Origin: Rhodosorus marinus CCMP1338
Taxonomy: Eukaryota; Plantae; Rhodophyta
Assembly: GCA_029953675.1 (NCBI GenBank)
Contig: JAMWBK010000003.1
Location: 62,001 to 126,000 of the forward strand
DNA: 64,000 bases
Reading direction: 5' to 3'
Below are positions 58,414-64,000 of the stretch, piece by piece. Below the pieces are notes generated by a model that did no database searches, had not been told where the DNA came from, and was given only the letters and a program-made list of their open reading frames with translations. How positions within the stretch are numbered: the stretch's first letter is position 1; every line of letters begins with the position of its first letter. The translations under genes were made by a program, and so were the position numbers.

Positions 58414-60885
58414 ACTTATTCCCTGCTCCGCCTGATGTTCGTTCTGCCGTAGTTTTCCAACCCGAGCGTGAAAAAGAACTACCCGATGTCTCCAGGGAGC
58501 GACCCCAAATCATGTTGAATGGCAAAGATGCACCGGAGTTCGTTGTTGCTCAACTAATGGAGGGACTATAGCCCCCAACCCGTCCCTCCATGTAACCCGA
58601 CTGCTACTAACTAGACTGAACAACAACTGCTCTATGGCTTCGGAGCTAAGACTCTGCACATGTGATAGACTAGTTCAAGCCTTGACAAGCTCTTGGAGTA
58701 GCTCGTCGACCGGACGGGAGGCCCTTCTCGAGACGGTTTCGACGAGCAAGTAGTAGGGTTCTTTTAGCATTCCAATGCGTAATCTAAAAGCTTGAGAATC
58801 GATGTTGGTGAATCGTACTCAGAAGAGAAAACACAGGTTCCTCTGAAGCCACGTGACCAGCCGGGCGAACATGGCTGCCCCCCCAAAACGCTTGACTCTG
58901 ACGGACTCCTTCGAGGCTGGCAGCCAACACGCATGCATAGAAGCAATGGCGTTCGGTTCATGCGATTGGGTGCAGCGTGTTAGTCAGATACTCAATCATG
59001 TCTTCACCTGCAGAGGCTCTAGCTACTCGAAAGTCCCTTGCGCGTCCACGCGATCACGAAAATTTTCAAGCTTCTACATATTCAGGTAACGCGACTATGG
59101 AATGAGACCATTCCTCCAGACATAAACGGGAGTGCACGTCTGTCTCGAGGACTGGTAAACTGGTCCATTCTTACTGTGGGACAAGACAAATAGACCAAAA
59201 TCTCTTCCGACAAGTTCAGGTGAAACACTCAAATCGAAGGAACCACCTCAGCCTGCGCACTATCCAAACATCTGATAAGTGCATTTGTCCAACATAAACC
59301 AAACCTGCCTATCATTTGAAGAGCCGGGCAGCGATGAAACAAGAAAGGTATTAGCCTTATGCAACTGAAAAAAAGCAGGCACTCTCTGTACTCTTCTTTC
59401 GATGCCATCAGACGCAAATTATTGTTGTTATCATTCATAAACGCAATGTCAACCAAACTGTGAAGTTTAGCGCAAAATTGTCTTCTTCATCGGCAACGGA
59501 GGGACAGTGCAAAAACAGAGCGAGCCCAGCCTGTTGGCTAACAATCAGCCCTTGCTGCTGTCATTGCCAAGAGACATACCTGGAGGAGTCTCGTTGGTGC
59601 ACTAAGAAGAGCCCTCATCATAGGACTTGTACACGGCACAGTTTGACTACAGTCACATTGCTTTCAGAGAGCTACCTAGAACCTCTGACCAAACGAAACA
59701 TCAAAAGCCACCGGTTTCTTCAGAGGCCACGGATCACATATTTGCTCTTTACAACTAAAGGCTCGGTGGTCAGAGAATTGTAGTCTAGAACGTTCCTTCA
59801 CCATTGCCGTAGCGTCTGGTTACTAAGAAAGTTAATCTTCATCATTTGCACTCAAATGTTTAACCAAGCAAAATTGCTGACCCGCTCACCGTTAATAAGC
59901 TTCAAAGCTTCACTGAGAGGGGTGATCTGGCGCCTGATCTGTCCTGTCCAACACAAAAGTGAAGTTGAGTCAGCAAGGTTTCCTCAACTCAATGTAGGCA
60001 GAAAGGTTTCTCCAACTCCATCTGAAGCCCTCGCCCTGGTGTCGGGCTACGCCGAAATAAGTCCGAAGCTTGGATGTGTATGTGCGCCTTCGCATTTCTC
60101 TTTCATCAGTCCTATCATTTGATAGTCCCCACATTTTTTTGTTTTTGGATTGTTCTTAAAAAAATGGATCGGATTCGTCATCTAATAAAACATGATATCA
60201 TCATCTGAAACAGCAAATACAGAAAGGACACACACACACACACGAATCTGCGGCGATTGCCGTCGAGGCCTTGCAGGAGTCCACAAGCAGACCTCCGTAC
60301 CAGGACAAAGAAGACAGCTTGAAAAACAATGGATTTGCGTCTTACCATTCGATTAACTGCCCGCTACACAAACCCGCTCTCATCACCGTTCCCGCTGATC
60401 CGCCTCCAAGGCAATGGATCTTCGAAAACTAGGTTAATTCTGCCGCCACGGAGAAGTGACGAAAACTTCCAAGGTCAAATTGAAAGCGCCACACGCAACT
60501 GGATCATGCAAACGGCATATATTACAACCCCGTCACAGAACCAGGGTCCAACAGTTGTCCTTTATTGATAGCGTCGGCGAATTTTTTTTCGCCGACGCTA
60601 TCTGCGCAGCTTCCACTTTCATCGCACTACACGCATATAAAGCTGAAATCCTTTCATCCTCGTGATGATTGTGCGATCCCCCCTCATTCCCTGCATAATT
60701 CCTTCCAATCGGCCTCAATGTACCCACTGCGACGGTCCCGGAGCTTTACACTTTGACCGTACGCCGCACGGCGACTAATGGTTTTAAAACAAAACTTGCT
60801 CAACACGATCCAGTTCGCATCCAATAGTACCGATGCGATACTATTAAAGTGTGGTCGTAATACTAATACTATTGGGGGGAGGGGG

Positions 60886-61015
60886 GGGTTGTTGTGCCAA
60901 GTGGGTCGGGCTTTTCGCGTCCCCCCCGCGCTTAAACCCCGCTCTGCTTTCGCGGGTTTAACCGCTTCTGGGTCGTAAACAGCGGAAAAACCCAACCCAC
61001 TTTGCCACAACCCTA
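60886..61015. mobile_element. MITE copy 3
   Basis: TIRs GTTGTGCCAAGTGGGTCGGG / CCCAACCCACTTTGCCACAACCCTA. Core CGCGGGTTTAACC(A/G)CTTCTGGGTCGTAAACAGC is shared with 45329. Confidence 0.75.
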
Positions 61016-64000
61016 GTACCTAGCGCCATAGGGCCAGCCCCATGTAGGTTTCGATAGGGCACTGCCATAATGAAAACAATTCGAAATGTCCCCCCTCGAT
61101 TCTGAACCATTTTCATAGGGCCATACAGCCATTTTTAATTCTATCCACGCTGCCCAATGCGGTTAATTCATGCCCTAGGTTTGTAGTGTTTTGGTTAATA
61201 AAATAGGCTATTTTGACGTGCATTCGTATTATGAAGAAAAAGCATTCCCCTTTCTATATAATGAATTATTCAACTAAAATTCACGATATCATGTCAATGG
61301 AGGACCTACCTCCATTGACATTAATTCACCGAACACACTCCTTTCCTAAGGGTAGTTAGTCTCTGAATAAACGGATGATGATGAAGATTCGACTGAACGA
61401 GCCTTCAGACGCCGAGGCGTTGACGAATCCTACATTTCGGGGCTCTTCGCCGTTTGATCGGTTTGTACCGCTCATTATCGAGTTCTTTGGTCTCTTAGTC
61501 CGTGGTTAGTTGTGTCTTTCGTGATGACCCCGGATGTCTTTACCGCCTCCTCATGGTTCTATCTTTGACACCCTGGGGCTCCAACGCAGCTTTAATGTTC
61601 CGCGCGGGTCATCAGCCTCTCCCTTTAGGCTCCGAATAAACGCATGGTGATGATGAACTTCAGTGCCAACCGCAGAGTTTTAGCGGTATAAGTAGCTAAA
61701 ACAAGTAGGCGGGTAAGGAGCGCTCTGCCGGGCTTCTTGAAATCGATATCGCAAGTACATGGAGAGACTAGAGAGGAATAATTCCGGTGAAGGTTTTGCG
61801 AGCAGGAGCCTGCCGCTTTTTGAGAGATCCTGAGGAGGTGAAAGTGTTGTCCATATTTTCCTTGTTGACGGATTTTAAAGAGGTAAAAACGGACTGACTG
61901 AGGAAACACCTCATCAATTGTCCCTGGGGAGGATTGCTGAGGGGTCCGGTAGCATGCCAACCGATTCCAGCGCCGTGGTCAAAGCTTTCCCAATACTCCC
62001 TTAACCATCCGACAGAATCGATCTTACAAGCTCGAACCCTATCCATCCATTTCACAACTCCTCTGCTTTTGAAGTGGATGGGGTTAGGGAAGAAGTGTTG
62101 CATAGATGCTGCGATCAGCAGCAGGCAAGCGGTTATGCTTGAGGTGGGCATGGGGCATGCCCCAATGCTTGATGTCGGGATTTGGGTGGTTGCAGAAGTA
62201 GGTGAGAAGTTCTCCTGGGGGGTCTTGTGAAAGCTGCTGCTTCTCAAGGAGCTGGTCCACCTTTATAATGAATTTCACTTCGATAACTCATTTTAATGGG
62301 GCATTCAATTTATTTTCATTACAGGACCGAACGTCAATATATTGTAGTATAATTGTATTAATGGCATATGGCAATGCCGCTATTTTTTCCTGAATATGAA
62401 ATAAATGTACTCTGATGCAGACCAAATTTTTTTTGCGCACAGGCTGAATGATGCGCCCCAAGACCAAGGGTCATCGGTCCTTTTTCTGGTCATCGGTCCT
62501 TTTTCTATCAGCATCGAATTGAGCCATTCAATTTCAATGCGCATGCCATTGCCCCATTGACCCCAGCTCTCCAAGTTATGCCAGTGGCATAACTTATGGG
62601 ATCTACTTTCCCAAACTCACGCGCAGTCTAGGGTTACGATAGGCGGCTTGAGACAAATTCTGGCTGTGGGCAATGAAAACGTGAGAAGTGTTGGCTGGTA
62701 ATATTGTTGGAAGGTCAGACAGGGTAGCGTAGTAAGAGTAAAAGAAGCCACCGAAGTCTGGAGAAATACGAATGAGGTCACGTACTTCTAACAAAAGGCA
62801 ACTTGGCAGGGCCTTTTGCTTAGCAGTCCGAGGATTGGCCCCCTTTTTTCTGGAACACGCCGTTTTGAGGGGAGGAGGGCGTACCGTGGACGCAGTTTTT
62901 AGCATCGCTTTCCCTTCGTGTAGGGCGCACAGGCTTCGGATCTTCTCCTACTTGAGGAGGTTTGCCACGTCGCCTCACTGCCTGGCTTCGCGAATCAGTA
63001 AAGAGAGAGCTAGACCCTCCGGACCATCACTAGGTTTCTTCGATGGAATGAGGAGAAAAGTTAAGCTTCGTTCATGGATCCTGTGGAGCTTCAGTCTGTT
63101 CGGGCGCACTCATCTGACAGTCCTCGTCCATGCGCATTGCTGGTTGCTCGGAGATCATCGATGAATCCCAATAGGTCTGCTTTGCGGAGAATTCTCAGGT
63201 TTCACCGCAGGAAGGCCGGATAATCGTTTTTCTGTTGCGTCATCAGGTGTGTCCATCGGTTCACAAGCAATCCAGGCTAGAACATGATCACAATTTAAAG
63301 GGACCCCAGGGATGACGGTGACGTGTAAGCACGCGGCCGTCATCACTGATCATGAAGCATCCAGCGATCGCTCGGGGAGCCATCAGCATTTTGCATGTAG
63401 AAAATCTATAGAATGGTATCTGTGCGTTATTAAAGGTATGGGGTCAGATTCCTGAGGAAACGAAGGATAATCAGAGAGAAACAAACTCAAAACGATATTT
63501 CGTTTGGAGATAAAAGTTCCGATGGAGCTTGTTTTGAAGTCTGGTAATCTGGCTAAAAGGACCGTGCTTTACTGTATCGGTTGAGCAGTTCGGAGACCTC
63601 TTCACGTTGAGCATATCCTCCTAAACACAGAAAAATCGCGCTGCTCAAGTGCCCATTGCAAACTGGGTCTCAACCCTCCTTCCCCTCACTTCCCTCAAGA
63701 AAAGACATATCCACGAAAAAACTAGCAAATCACGAGCTTCTCTGTCCGCTGACACTGGTCATATGATACTCCTCAGATCTAGTCTCGGAGACCAATCCTC
63801 AAAACCCACATATGAAAAACGCAAAAGGACCAACAGCTCACCCCCCCAAAAAGAAAAGCAACCCAAGAACTGACACCTTCCGCACGCAGCGAACCTTTGA
63901 ATTCAGCGAAAAAAGCTTGCATCCCTTTCAGAAGCGTACCGGAGAGGTACCATGGGCAGAACCGTCATCGCAGCAGCTAACGGACACACGTTCTATTTCA

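Noticed and set aside
58420-64000. Short ORFs and GGCAT/ATGCC-rich inverted motifs (61030-61180, 62140-62600), plus a (CA)n run near 60230
   Set aside because: No domain, TSD or consistent exon chain could be established; treated as intergenic or decayed repeats.

Overview
Eukaryotic genomic DNA with short GT-AG introns. It is probably a red alga, inferred from the MAFV-type plastid transit peptide on cystathionine gamma-synthase. The left ~42 kb is a dense nest of at least four divergent families of two-ORF non-LTR retrotransposons. Their ORF2 encodes reverse transcriptase (GVQQGDP / xHDD), a CCHC knuckle and a restriction-like endonuclease (RH..., D...D, K..Y, PFxVE.FG), which fits the CRE/SLACS-type clade. 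All four families carry an ORF1 with a shared RRM-like core, and in three of them ORF1 overlaps the ORF2 start (TAATG, ATGA, ATGxxTGA). Family 1 ends in a subfamily-specific 9-10 bp tail (CCAGTAAAG or TCCAGTAAAG on the element sense strand). New copies appear to insert into the tails of older copies, building head-to-tail arrays. Embedded in the nest are a ~830 aa secreted Cys-rich modular gene (11 exons, all phase-0 introns) and a secreted Ala/Val/Pro/Gly repeat protein with a frame-breaking 485 bp duplication. The right ~22 kb is more ordinary: a J-domain exon, a secreted glucose/sorbosone-dehydrogenase-family gene, a hypothetical ORF, plastid cystathionine gamma-synthase, a DGAT3-like 2Fe-2S protein, and hAT-type MITEs. 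Many frameshifts fall in homopolymers and could be assembly errors.
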